Source: Gammaproteobacteria bacterium (GTDB lineage Bacteria > Pseudomonadota > Gammaproteobacteria > Ga0077554 > Ga007554). Taken from it: a DNA stretch of 64,000 nucleotides. This document shows, piece after piece, positions 1 to 9,006 of the stretch. The stretch covers positions 31,255 through 95,254 of the forward strand of contig JADDKJ010000007.1 of NCBI GenBank assembly GCA_033717875.1, in the 5' to 3' direction. The notes beneath the pieces are model-generated. The model was not told the DNA's origin. It was given only the letters and a program-made list of their open reading frames with translations, and did not search any database. Numbering within the stretch: position 1 is the stretch's first letter; the number at the start of each line of letters is the position of its first letter. The position numbers were made by a program, and so were the translations under genes.

Positions 1-126
1 TTCCTGAAGCGCGTTTTCATTGCCCTTGATCCAGATGTGCTTTTGTTCAACGATTGCCACAAGCTAAAGAACTAAGCGTTTTCTTAAAAACATGAGGATA
101 GCATACCGTTGTCTTATAATGAATTC

Positions 127-1185
127 ATGGACAATCTGACCTTCAGCGATCGCCTCCTCGCCTGGTTTGACGATCACGGGCGCAAAGACCTTCCTTGGCA
201 GCGCCAGGCCACGCCTTACCGTGTCTGGGTCTCCGAAGTGATGCTGCAACAGACCCAGGTCGCCACCGTCATCCCCTATTACCAGCGTTTCATGGCGCGC
301 TTTCCCGATGTTCCGGCGCTGGCGGACGCGCCGCTCGACGAGGTGCTGCATCTTTGGACGGGGCTGGGCTACTACGCCCGGGCACGCAATCTGCACCGCG
401 CAGCGGGGGTGATTCGTGATGGCTATCGCGGCGAGTTTCCGAACAATATCGCCGCCGTCCAGGCCCTGCCAGGCATCGGTCGCTCCACGGCGGCCGCCAT
501 CCTCGCGCTCGCTTCCGATCAGCGCCATGCCATTCTCGATGGCAATGTCAAGCGTGTGCTGACCCGTTTCCACGCCATCGAGGGCTGGCCGGGGCGGGCG
601 GAGGTCGAGCAGCGGCTGTGGGCGCTGGCCGAGCGGCATACGCCCGCGCGCCGCGCGGCAAACTATACCCAGGCCATCATGGACCTGGGCGCCACGCTCT
701 GCACGCGCGCCTCACCGGCCTGCGCGCGCTGCCCGCTCAGCGAGGATTGCGCCGCCTACCGGCAAAACCGGGTGGCGGATTTTCCCGCGCCCAAGCCGCG
801 CAAGGCGCTGCCGGTGCGGAATACCGTCATGCTCATGTTGCGCAATGCCGGCGGCGAAGTGCTGCTGGTGCAGCGTCCGCCGGCGGGCCTGTGGGGCGGG
901 TTGTGGGTTTTCCCGGAATGCCCGGCGGATGAGGATGTCGGGCAATGGTGTGAGCGGCGCCTGGCTTGTCGCATCTCGCCGCCCAAGATCTGGCCGGCGT
1001 TGCGCCACACCTTCAGCCACTTCCATCTCGACATCACGCCGGTTCATGCCCGGCTGAGCGCCGCGAGCGCCGTCATGGAGGGTGGCAATGCTGTCTGGTA
1101 CAATCTCGCATCACCCCCCGCGCTGGGGTTGGCCGCGCCGGTACAGCGTTTGCTGCTGCAATTGAAAGAGGAATTAAAAGCATGA
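127..1185 (+). CDS. mutY: A/G-specific adenine DNA glycosylase
   Basis: N-terminus [25 protein letters not shown] is MutY-like. Also HhH-GPD region ([12 protein letters not shown]), a 4Fe-4S Cys cluster ([17 protein letters not shown]) and a NUDIX-like C-terminal domain. The ATG at 127 is preferred over the TTG at 109. Confidence 0.9.
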   Translation: MDNLTFSDRLLAWFDDHGRKDLPWQRQATPYRVWVSEVMLQQTQVATVIPYYQRFMARFPDVPALADAPLDEVLHLWTGLGYYARARNLHRAAGVIRDGYRGEFPNNIAAVQALPGIGRSTAAAILALASDQRHAILDGNVKRVLTRFHAIEGWPGRAEVEQRLWALAERHTPARRAANYTQAIMDLGATLCTRASPACARCPLSEDCAAYRQNRVADFPAPKPRKALPVRNTVMLMLRNAGGEVLLVQRPPAGLWGGLWVFPECPADEDVGQWCERRLACRISPPKIWPALRHTFSHFHLDITPVHARLSAASAVMEGGNAVWYNLASPPALGLAAPVQRLLLQLKEELKA

Positions 1186-1454
1186 CACGCATGGTTCACT
1201 GCGCCAAACTGAATAAAGAAGCCGAGGGCCTGGCCGTTCCGCCCTATCCGGGAGTGTTGGGCAAGCGCATCTATGAAAGCGTCTCGAAAGAAGCGTGGCA
1301 GATGTGGCTCAAGCACCAGACCATGCTCATCAACGAATACCGCCTGGTGCTGGTCGATCCCAAGGCGCGCCAGTTTCTCGAGGGCGAGATGGAAAAATTC
1401 TTCTTCGGCGATGGTTCGGCGATGCCGGAGGGGTATGTACCGCCCGCCAAGTAG
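1182..1454 (+). CDS. yggX: Fe(2+)-trafficking protein YggX
   Basis: 90 aa starting [17 protein letters not shown]...[21 protein letters not shown] overlap with the mutY stop. The mutY-yggX pairing is conserved. Confidence 0.85.
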   Translation: MTRMVHCAKLNKEAEGLAVPPYPGVLGKRIYESVSKEAWQMWLKHQTMLINEYRLVLVDPKARQFLEGEMEKFFFGDGSAMPEGYVPPAK

Positions 1455-1464
1455 TTTTCTGTTT

Positions 1465-1605
1465 AGGGTACCTCTAAAAATCCGCTGAAGCCGCGATGGC
1501 GGCGTTGAAAAGTGGCTCAAAATGCTCATGTACTGCGTGTACACTCCGCTTTTTCGCCACTTTTCGCCTTGCCCTCGCCCTTGATCGAATTTTTAGAGGT
1601 ACCCT
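1465..1605. repeat. MITE-like 141-bp element, copy 1, with terminal inverted repeat agggtacctctaaaaat / atttttagaggtaccct
   Basis: Lies between the convergent yggX and prfA genes and abuts the prfA stop codon. By eye about 90 percent identical to 29858-29999, in the same orientation. Confidence 0.7.
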
Positions 1606-2688
1606 TTACTCCGCCATCGCCGCCAGCAAATCCGCCTGATATTCGCTGCTGAGAGGATTGAGCACCGGGTCGAGGTCGCCTTCGATGATGTCGGCGAGTT
1701 TGTACAGGGTAAGGTTGATGCGGTGGTCGGTGAGACGGCCCTGCGGGAAGTTGTAGGTGCGGATGCGTTCCGAGCGGTCACCGGTGCCGACCAGCAGGCG
1801 GCGTGTCTGGGCTTGTTCGGCGGCCTGTTTTTCACGTTGCATGCTCACCAGCTTCGATTGCAGCAGCGACATGGCGCGGGCGCGGTTTTTGTGCTGCGAG
1901 CGCTCGTCCTGGCATTCGATGACGATGCCGCTGGGAAGATGGGTGATGCGGATCGCCGAGTCGGTCTTGTTGACGTGCTGGCCGCCCGCCCCGGAGGCGC
2001 GGAAGGTGTCGACTTTGAGATCGGCGGGGTTGATCGCCACTTCGTCGACCTCGGCGATCTCCGGCATCACCGCCACGGTGCAGGTCGAGGTGTGAATGCG
2101 GCCCTGCGCCTCGGTTTCGGGGACGCGCTGCACGCGGTGCGCGCCGGATTCGAATTTCAGCCGCGAATAAGCGCCGTGGCCGATGATGCGTGAAATGATC
2201 TCCTTGTAGCCGCCATGTTCGCCTGGGCTTTCGCTGATGATTTCCACCTGCCAGCGCTGCTTTTCGGCGTAGCGCGAATACATGCGGAACAGATCGCCGG
2301 CGAAGATCGCCGCTTCGTCGCCGCCCGCCCCGCCGCGGATTTCGAGGAAAATGTTGCTGGCGTCGTGCGGATCCTTGGGCAAGAGCAGCTTTTGCAGCTC
2401 CATCTCCAATGTATCGCGGCGGGTCTGGCCCTGCTTGTACTCCTCTTCCGCCATCTCGTGCAGCGCGGGGTCCGGGTCGCGCATCATGTCCTCGGCGGCG
2501 GCGATGTCGGCCAGCGCCGTCTTGTAACTTTCAAAGCACGTCACTACCGGGTTGAGTTCGGCATACTCCATCGACAGGGCGCGGAAGCGCTCCTGGTTGG
2601 CGATGGTTTCGGCGTCGGCGAGCAACGCGCTGATTTCCTGGAGACGCTCGCGCAGGCTCTCCAGTTTGCTGCGGATGGAAGCCTTCAT
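1606..2688 (-). CDS. prfA: peptide chain release factor 1
   Basis: 360 aa with the GGQ motif ([11 protein letters not shown]) and the PxT-type RF1 region. ATGA coupling to hemA upstream. Confidence 0.95.
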   Translation of the reverse strand: MKASIRSKLESLRERLQEISALLADAETIANQERFRALSMEYAELNPVVTCFESYKTALADIAAAEDMMRDPDPALHEMAEEEYKQGQTRRDTLEMELQKLLLPKDPHDASNIFLEIRGGAGGDEAAIFAGDLFRMYSRYAEKQRWQVEIISESPGEHGGYKEIISRIIGHGAYSRLKFESGAHRVQRVPETEAQGRIHTSTCTVAVMPEIAEVDEVAINPADLKVDTFRASGAGGQHVNKTDSAIRITHLPSGIVIECQDERSQHKNRARAMSLLQSKLVSMQREKQAAEQAQTRRLLVGTGDRSERIRTYNFPQGRLTDHRINLTLYKLADIIEGDLDPVLNPLSSEYQADLLAAMAE

Positions 2689-3944
2689 TGGGATTTCTTC
2701 AGATCGAACAGTTCGCGCGCGGCATCAAGCAGGTCGAAGCGGCCTTCGAAGCCGGCCTGTTTCATATGTGCGCTGGGGGCGTGGACCAGTTTGTTGGTGA
2801 GGCCGCGCGCCAGTTGTTGCAGCACCTCTTCGGCGGAGGCGCCGCGCGCCAGCAGCCGCCGCGCCTTTTCCAGCTCGTCATCGCGCACCCGCTCGGCCTG
2901 TTCGCGGTAGGCGCGGATGGTGGATACGGCCTCCAGCGATTTCAACCAGCCCATGAAGTGTGCCACTTGCACGTCGATGATCTCCTCGGCCTGCTTGGCG
3001 GCTTCCTGGCGTGACTTGAGCCCTTCCTGGATGATTTCTTGCAGATCGTCCACGGTGTAGAGATACACATCGCGCAGCTCGCCGACCTCGGGCTCGATGT
3101 CGCGCGGCACGGCGATGTCCACCATCAGCATCGGACGATGCTTGCGCGCCTTGATCGCCCGTTCCACCGCGCCCTTGCCCAGGATCGGCAGCGGACTGGC
3201 GGTGGAGGAGATGATGATATCGGCTTCCGCCAAATGGGTGGGAATTTCGCCGAGCTCGATGGCATAGCCGTTGAATTCGCTGGCCAGGACATGCGCCTTT
3301 TCCAGAGTGCGGTTGGCGATGATCATGCGGCCGATGCCGTTTTCGTGCAGGTGCCGCGCCGCCAGTTCGATGGTCTCGCCCGCGCCGATCAGCAACACCG
3401 TGTAGCCGGCGAGTTCGCCGAAGATCTGCTTGGCCAGGCTTACGGCGGCGAAGGCCACCGACACCGGGCTGGAACCGATGGCGGTGTCGGTGCGCACCTG
3501 CTTGGCGACGGAAAACGTGTGCTGGAACAGCCGCCCCAGCGTCGTGCCGACCGTACCGGCCTGCATCGCCGCCGCATAGGCGGTTTTCATCTGGCCGAGA
3601 ATCTGGGGCTCGCCGAGAATCAGCGAATCCAGGCCGCTGGCGACGCGCAACAGGTGCCGCACCGCGTCCTGTTCGGGATGCAGATAGACATAAGGAGCCA
3701 CGTCCTCGGAGCGGAGATGATGGTAATCGCCGAGCCATTCGACGATGTTGTCATCGCTGTCCCCCTTGGCGCAGCACACCAGCTCGGTGCGGTTGCAGGT
3801 GGAGAGGATCGCCGCCTCGGCAACGTCCGATCGGGTCTGAAGATCGTGCAACGCTTCCGGCAGGCGGTGGGGGGCGAACGCCACCCGCTCCCGTATATCC
3901 ACAGGCGCTGTCTTGTGATTGATGCCAACGGCCAGTAGGCGCAT
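2685..3944 (-). CDS. hemA: glutamyl-tRNA reductase
   Basis: [23 protein letters not shown]..., active-site region STCNRTE, NADPH-binding GAGETIE. The internal ATG at 3944 matches the usual HemA N-terminus. Confidence 0.92.
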   Translation of the reverse strand: MRLLAVGINHKTAPVDIRERVAFAPHRLPEALHDLQTRSDVAEAAILSTCNRTELVCCAKGDSDDNIVEWLGDYHHLRSEDVAPYVYLHPEQDAVRHLLRVASGLDSLILGEPQILGQMKTAYAAAMQAGTVGTTLGRLFQHTFSVAKQVRTDTAIGSSPVSVAFAAVSLAKQIFGELAGYTVLLIGAGETIELAARHLHENGIGRMIIANRTLEKAHVLASEFNGYAIELGEIPTHLAEADIIISSTASPLPILGKGAVERAIKARKHRPMLMVDIAVPRDIEPEVGELRDVYLYTVDDLQEIIQEGLKSRQEAAKQAEEIIDVQVAHFMGWLKSLEAVSTIRAYREQAERVRDDELEKARRLLARGASAEEVLQQLARGLTNKLVHAPSAHMKQAGFEGRFDLLDAARELFDLKKSQ

Positions 3945-4143
3945 GGAACTTATTCGCCTGTTATAAAACAAAGTCTTATCGGTTGGCGCAAACCCTTCAT
4001 CATGCGGGATTCCCCCTGCTGTCCGATAAAGGAGCGTAAATGGCTAATATATCAGGCTTTCCTTCCCGCCGAAAAGGGGTGCAGACTTGCAGGCCATAAT
4101 ATGTGACACTTGTAATAATGTTTGGTTGCGGGAGTGGCTATAA

Positions 4144-5853
4144 ATGAGAACCTTGTTTTTGGTGGCCACGCTGGGGGTTTCCATGCTGGCGACGGGTTGC
4201 GCCGCGGTTCGCCCGGCGGGCGCCACGGCGCCCAAGCCCAAGGCGGCGCCGGCCCAGCAGGCGGCGCCCCTTCCCCCTGCCGCGATCTATCAGGCGCTGG
4301 TGGCCGAAACGGCATTGCAGCGCGGACAATTCGATGTCGCCGCCGACTATTATCAGCGCCTGGCGCGCAGCGTGCCGGATGCGAAAATCGCCGAGCGCGC
4401 CACGCGCATCGCCCTTCTGGCGCGCGACGACGAGAAGGCCCAGGCATCCGCCAAGCTGTGGATGGAGGAGGACCCGCACAGCCTGGATGCCCGGTTGCTG
4501 ATCGCCGCCAGCCAGATCCGGCGCGGTCAGATCGACGCCGCCCTGGAACACCTGGAAATCGTTCTGGCGGCGCAAGCCCACACCCCCGATCGTGGCTATG
4601 CCGCGGTGAGTTCGGTGCTGCACAGCCTTCCTGAAAGCAAAATGGCGCTCGCCACGATGGAAAAGCTCGTCGCCCGGCACACCGACGATCCCCACGCCCA
4701 TTTTGCTTACGCCCAGCTCGCATTGCGCGCCGAGGCGCTGGGTACCGCCCGCACCGCCATCGACACGGCGCTGCGCCTCAAGCCGGGCTGGCCCAATGCC
4801 ATGATCGTTCAGGCGCGCATCCTGCAATTGAGCGGCGACACGGCCAAATCACTGGAGATTCTGGGTGAGGTGATTAAACAGCAGCCGCAAGATATGCCAT
4901 TGCGCCTGGTCTATGCCCGCGCGCTGGCGGGCGCCAACCGCCACGAGGAGGCGCTGGAACAGTTCGAGACGCTGCTGAAACAGTTCCCCGACAACCCGGA
5001 AGTGCTGCTGGGCACGGCGTTGTTGTCCCTTGATCTCAAACGCTTTGACAAGGCCGAAGAGTATCTGACCCGGCTGAGCCGCCAGCCCAAGCGCGCCGCC
5101 GAAGCCAGTTTCTACCTCGGCGCCGTCGCGGAGGCCAAAAAAGATTTCGCCACGGCGAAAAAGTGGTACGCCGCCGTACCGGCGGGCGAGGCCAACTATC
5201 TCAATGCCCAGATCCGCATGGCCGACATTGTGGCCAAACAGGGCGACGTGGACGGCGCGCGCAAACATCTGCGTGGCCTTGAAGCCAGCGATCCGAGTCA
5301 AAAGCTGCGCCTCTACCTCGCCGAGGGCACGATACTGTTCCAGGCTGCGCAGCACAGCCAGGCCATCGCCGTATACGATGCCGCGCTGAGCGAAGTGCCG
5401 GACAACAGCGACCTGCTCTACGGCCGCGCCCTGGCGCGTGCTGAACTGGGCCAGATCGACCTCATGGAACAGGATCTTTCCAGCATCCTCAAGCGCGAAC
5501 CGGACAACGCCGCTGCCCTTAACACCCTGGGCTACACGCTGGCCGACCGCACCAACCGCTACCAGGAAGCGCTAGGCTACATCAAGCGCGCCCTGGAGCT
5601 GCGCCCGCAAGATTTCGCTATCATCGACAGCATGGGCTGGCTGCAATTCAAGATGGGCAACAAGGAAGAAGCGATCAGATATTTGCGCCAGGCCTTCGAC
5701 ATGAGCCAGGACCCGGAAATCGCCGCCCACCTTGGCGAGGTGCTATGGAGCACGGGCGACCAATCCGCCGCGAAAGAGCTATGGCAACGCGCCATCAAAA
5801 CCGCGCCCGACCACAAACTGCTGAACGAGACCATGCGGCGGTTTGGGCAGTGA
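4144..5853 (+). CDS. TPR-repeat lipoprotein
   Basis: Lipobox LATGC after MRTLFLVATLGVSM. Repeated Ala/Leu/Tyr TPR-like helices throughout the 569 aa. Confidence 0.75.
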   Translation: MRTLFLVATLGVSMLATGCAAVRPAGATAPKPKAAPAQQAAPLPPAAIYQALVAETALQRGQFDVAADYYQRLARSVPDAKIAERATRIALLARDDEKAQASAKLWMEEDPHSLDARLLIAASQIRRGQIDAALEHLEIVLAAQAHTPDRGYAAVSSVLHSLPESKMALATMEKLVARHTDDPHAHFAYAQLALRAEALGTARTAIDTALRLKPGWPNAMIVQARILQLSGDTAKSLEILGEVIKQQPQDMPLRLVYARALAGANRHEEALEQFETLLKQFPDNPEVLLGTALLSLDLKRFDKAEEYLTRLSRQPKRAAEASFYLGAVAEAKKDFATAKKWYAAVPAGEANYLNAQIRMADIVAKQGDVDGARKHLRGLEASDPSQKLRLYLAEGTILFQAAQHSQAIAVYDAALSEVPDNSDLLYGRALARAELGQIDLMEQDLSSILKREPDNAAALNTLGYTLADRTNRYQEALGYIKRALELRPQDFAIIDSMGWLQFKMGNKEEAIRYLRQAFDMSQDPEIAAHLGEVLWSTGDQSAAKELWQRAIKTAPDHKLLNETMRRFGQ

Positions 5854-5907
5854 TCGCTGGCTTCTCTCTGTGCCGGGGGGCATCTGGCAGGATGAATGGT
5901 ACGAGCC

Positions 5908-5934
5908 CCCTCTCCCCGCTCAGCGGGGAGAGGG
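5908..5934. repeat. palindrome ccctctccccgc-tca-gcggggagaggg
   Basis: Perfect 12-bp stem just downstream of the TPR gene, with no T-run after it. Same core as the hairpin at 40527-40554. Confidence 0.5.
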
Positions 5935-6494
5935 CTGGGGTGAGGGGATAGTAGCTCTCACAAGAATCTCTGACCGCCATCACCCAAGGCGCGGCCACCA
6001 CTACCTTCACCTACGACGCCGACCACGCCCGCGCTGGGATGACGGCATCCGCTACGAAAAGACCACCAAAGCCGGCGGTTTCATCCAACACCATCATTGC
6101 CCCTGCGCCAGAATTAAAAATAATTTATCTCCTTGTCCTAACGGTAACGCCAATCGGTATAAAAAGTTACGAATTGTTTGATTTAGATCAAGGAGTCCGT
6201 GCCCCGTATTTGTTATCGTGACATCGAACTTATCATCGATGAAAAGGACTGGATACCCGGCGTCACAATTCCGCGCGATAAAGTTGCGTGAAAAGTGAAA
6301 ACTATCTTGACTGATCCTGTGGATAAGAGGTCATGAAAGCAGGAGCGGAAGAATAAGGGGAGACGCTTCCCTTATTTATCGGCCTCTTCACCAACTGAGG
6401 TATAAAGGGAAGCATCCCCTTTGGGTACCGCGCCGAAGGCGTCCAGGGCGCGTTGCACCCGGCTCACCCGGGAACTTCCATGAGGGAATATCAC

Positions 6495-8696
6495 ATGGCT
6501 GACGAGCGAACACCGCCATTGCCTGAGCACCCCCGCAGCCTTGCTGCACCGCGCGAGCTTATTTTTGTTACAAAACGAGAAGCAGATTTGCAGGTAACGC
6601 AGGAAGGCGTTGCGTCCACCGCGGGCGCAGACATCACCCCCCTAACGGAATTGTTGTCCTCCGAGGGTGCCACGCTGCGGCCGTTATTTGGCGTCAGTGG
6701 AGCCAGGCTCAGGGATGAAGCCGCATCTTTGGCGTCCGCTGCGGGTGCGGAAGCGCCGGATCTATCCGTTTACTTTAGAGTGGAGGCACCCGATGAGCGT
6801 TTGGACCTGTTGGCAGAGCGCTTGCGCGAACTGGAGGTTGTCGCTGCCGCGTATGTAAAGCCGGGAGCCGAACTGCCGGAAATCAACGACATGCTCCCTG
6901 TGGCGGAAGAGCCGCCGTTGCACACGCCTGACTTCAGCGCCAGCCAGGGTTATCTGGGTGCTGCCCCGGAAGGTATTGACGCGCGTTACGCATGGACGCT
7001 CCCTGGAGGCGGAGGAGCGGGTGTGGGGATTGTTGATATCGAAGGCGCCTGGCGATTCAGCCATGAGGACCTGGTCCAGAACCAGGGAGGGGTGACGGGA
7101 GGCACCCAAATCAACGATCCCGCCTGGCGCAATCACGGTACCGCCGTGATTGGAGAATTCGGCGGCGACCGTACCGCATTTGGCATCACGGGAATCTGCC
7201 CGGATGCCGGCGTGCGAGCCATCTCGATTGGCGGCCTGGGTTCGGCCGCAGCCATCCGGCAGGCGGCGAACGCCCTGCGCCCGGGTGACATCATCCTTAT
7301 CGAACTCCACCGTTCCGGGCCGCGGGCGACCGGCAGTGGCCAGCAGGGTTTCATTCCGATCGAATGGTGGCCGGATGACTTTGACGCCATTCGCTTTGCC
7401 ACCAGCCGCGGCGTCATCGTGGTGGAAGCGGCGGGAAACGGCGCGGAGAACCTCGACGACCCGATCTATAACACCCCGCAGGCGGGCTTTCCCGCCACAT
7501 GGACGAATCCGTTCAATCGGGCCAATCGCGATTCCGGTGCAATTGTGGTCGGGGCCGGTGCGCCGCCTCCCGGCACTCATGGCAGGGACCACGGCCCCGA
7601 TCGCTCGCGTCTCGGTTTTTCGAACTGGGGAGCGCTGGTGGACGCCCAAGGCTGGGGAAGGGAAGTAACCACCTGCGGATACGGTGATCTTCAGGGCGGG
7701 GTCAACGAGGACGAATGGTACACCGACCAATTCAGTGGAACCTCCAGCGCGTCGCCGATTGTCGTGGGCGCCCTGGGTTGTCTCCAGGGGGCCCTGCGCG
7801 CCCAGGGAAGATCCCCGCTGACCCCCGCCGAGGCAAGAGATCTGCTGCGCGTAACCGGCTCCCCGCAACAGGATGCGCCCGGGCGGCCCCGTACCCAGCG
7901 GATCGGCAACAGGCCCGATTTGCGCCAGATGCTCGCGCACGTCACCAAAGGAAAGGACTCCAAAGACATCAAAGACAAGGACCGCAAAGAGTTCAAGGAC
8001 CTGCCCAAAGAAAAAGAGAAGGACGTCAAAGAGGTCAAGGAGGCGAAGGAGGCAAAAGAATTCAAAGAAAAGGATCGCAAGGAGAAGGATCGCAAGGAGT
8101 TCAAGGATCTGCCAAAAGAGAAGGAGAAGGACATCCGGGAGGGCTTTCGGTTTCCGCCTGGTGAACCGGTCCAGCCCATCGCCGCCGCCATTCTTGAGCA
8201 GCGCCTCGCCCGTCTCGAAGCCGTGCTCGCCCGGTTGACCGATCTGCTGTTGCGCTCGCGCAAGTGCGTCGACTTCAAGGCATTTCCCCTTGGGAGCGGA
8301 CCGAATCCGTGGCGGGTCCAAGGCGCGACATTCGCAGCGCGTGACCATGCGAACAATCTACTGCCGCAGACCAGGGTTACCTCCTGGGGTGGCTTCACCG
8401 GGTTGGACTGCGGATTTGCCCTTGAAATTCGCTTGCCGGTCTCCTGCCCGGTCGTAGAGGTCGCGCTTGTGCATTTCGCCCGGCCAGCGAAGGTCACGGC
8501 GTTCAACACGAATGGTGCGATCGCGGCGACGGCGGCAATGAGCGGCCCGCAACGGCAGAGCGAAACGCTCCGACTCAGCGGCGGTGCGATCAACCGCGTT
8601 GTGGTGGAGGCCCCGCAGAGCGAGACGCTGTTGCTCGCGATGTGCTACGGTTGGAAGGAGCCCAAGATCGATAAGCTCGAAGGAAAAGAGCTTTAG
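6495..8696 (+). CDS. S8 (subtilisin-like) serine peptidase without signal peptide, with K/E/D-rich spacer and C-terminal beta-rich domain
   Basis: Catalytic motifs in D-H-N-S order: VGIVDIEGAW, NHGTAVIGEF, EAAGNG, SGTSSASP. N-terminal propeptide-like region with no hydrophobic leader. Spacer KGKDSKDIKDKDRKEFKDLPKEKEKD...KEKEKDIREG. Start at 6495 (GAGGGA 7 nt upstream); 6453 and 6480 are also possible. Confidence 0.8.
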   Translation: MADERTPPLPEHPRSLAAPRELIFVTKREADLQVTQEGVASTAGADITPLTELLSSEGATLRPLFGVSGARLRDEAASLASAAGAEAPDLSVYFRVEAPDERLDLLAERLRELEVVAAAYVKPGAELPEINDMLPVAEEPPLHTPDFSASQGYLGAAPEGIDARYAWTLPGGGGAGVGIVDIEGAWRFSHEDLVQNQGGVTGGTQINDPAWRNHGTAVIGEFGGDRTAFGITGICPDAGVRAISIGGLGSAAAIRQAANALRPGDIILIELHRSGPRATGSGQQGFIPIEWWPDDFDAIRFATSRGVIVVEAAGNGAENLDDPIYNTPQAGFPATWTNPFNRANRDSGAIVVGAGAPPPGTHGRDHGPDRSRLGFSNWGALVDAQGWGREVTTCGYGDLQGGVNEDEWYTDQFSGTSSASPIVVGALGCLQGALRAQGRSPLTPAEARDLLRVTGSPQQDAPGRPRTQRIGNRPDLRQMLAHVTKGKDSKDIKDKDRKEFKDLPKEKEKDVKEVKEAKEAKEFKEKDRKEKDRKEFKDLPKEKEKDIREGFRFPPGEPVQPIAAAILEQRLARLEAVLARLTDLLLRSRKCVDFKAFPLGSGPNPWRVQGATFAARDHANNLLPQTRVTSWGGFTGLDCGFALEIRLPVSCPVVEVALVHFARPAKVTAFNTNGAIAATAAMSGPQRQSETLRLSGGAINRVVVEAPQSETLLLAMCYGWKEPKIDKLEGKEL

Positions 8697-8930
8697 GAGA
8701 AGCCTGAGAAGCTCGAAACCAAGGAAATCAAGGATAAAGATAAGAAATTGGTCAGTTGGCTCATTTTAGCGGCCATGAATTGCGACCTGATTTGGGTTCA
8801 AGAGCTCTCAGGGGTGAATCGGATATGGGCAGCACTGATCCTGCAATTGAGTCAGCAACTTTATAAACAGGCTATAGCCACTAAGCAACTCAAGGAAGAC
8901 AAGGACATCGAGAAGGTGAGAGAGGGGTAG
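8697..8930 (+). pseudogene. decayed C-terminal extension of the S8 gene, homologous to the tail of the next gene
   Basis: After the TAG at 8694-8696 the same frame stays open (EKPEKLETKEIKDKDKK...). EIGQLAHFSGHELRPDLGSRALRGESDMGSTDPA reads in a shifted frame, and LSQQLYKQAIATKQLKEDKDIEKVREG* reads back in the original frame. Both segments align to 10249-10431 (GQLSHFISPELRPDL...LRQRLQKQAADAKQAKDGKDIEKPREG*). Confidence 0.5.
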
Positions 8931-9006
8931 CCGTTTGGTTAATTATCAATGCAGGCAGGTTGTGATTTCATAACCGCCAACTCGCCTTTTTTTATGGAGG
9001 AAAGAT

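Noticed and set aside
64-639. 191-aa minus-strand ORF at the left edge, and a possible ATG at 20-18 (MKTRFR...) running off the window
   Set aside because: The first is antisense to mutY. Only six codons of the second are visible, which is too little to call.
5975-6075. RHS/YD-repeat-like reading (TTFTYDADHAR ... DDGIRYEKTTK) in the spacer after the TPR gene
   Set aside because: It is only a few dozen codons with no start and no extended frame. It could be a relic of an Rhs gene, but the similarity is too short to support without a search.
6100-6452. A/T-rich 350-nt leader upstream of the S8 gene with small hairpins (aaggggagacgcttccctt, aaagggaagcatccccttt), considered as a riboswitch or sRNA
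   Set aside because: The stems are only 6-7 bp and resemble no known element. It is most simply a promoter or leader region. It may be worth checking in RNA-seq, but the sequence alone does not support a call.
7947-8144. Repetitive AAG/GAG-rich DNA considered as a tandem repeat, CRISPR-like array or VNTR
   Set aside because: It is in frame within a well-supported CDS and encodes a K/E/D-rich spacer. There are only two 45-nt repeat copies and no spacer-repeat regularity.
6762-8348. 528-aa minus-strand ORF and other long ORFs overlapping the S8 gene
   Set aside because: Antisense to a gene with a complete subtilase motif set. No motifs of its own, and Arg/Gly-rich composition.
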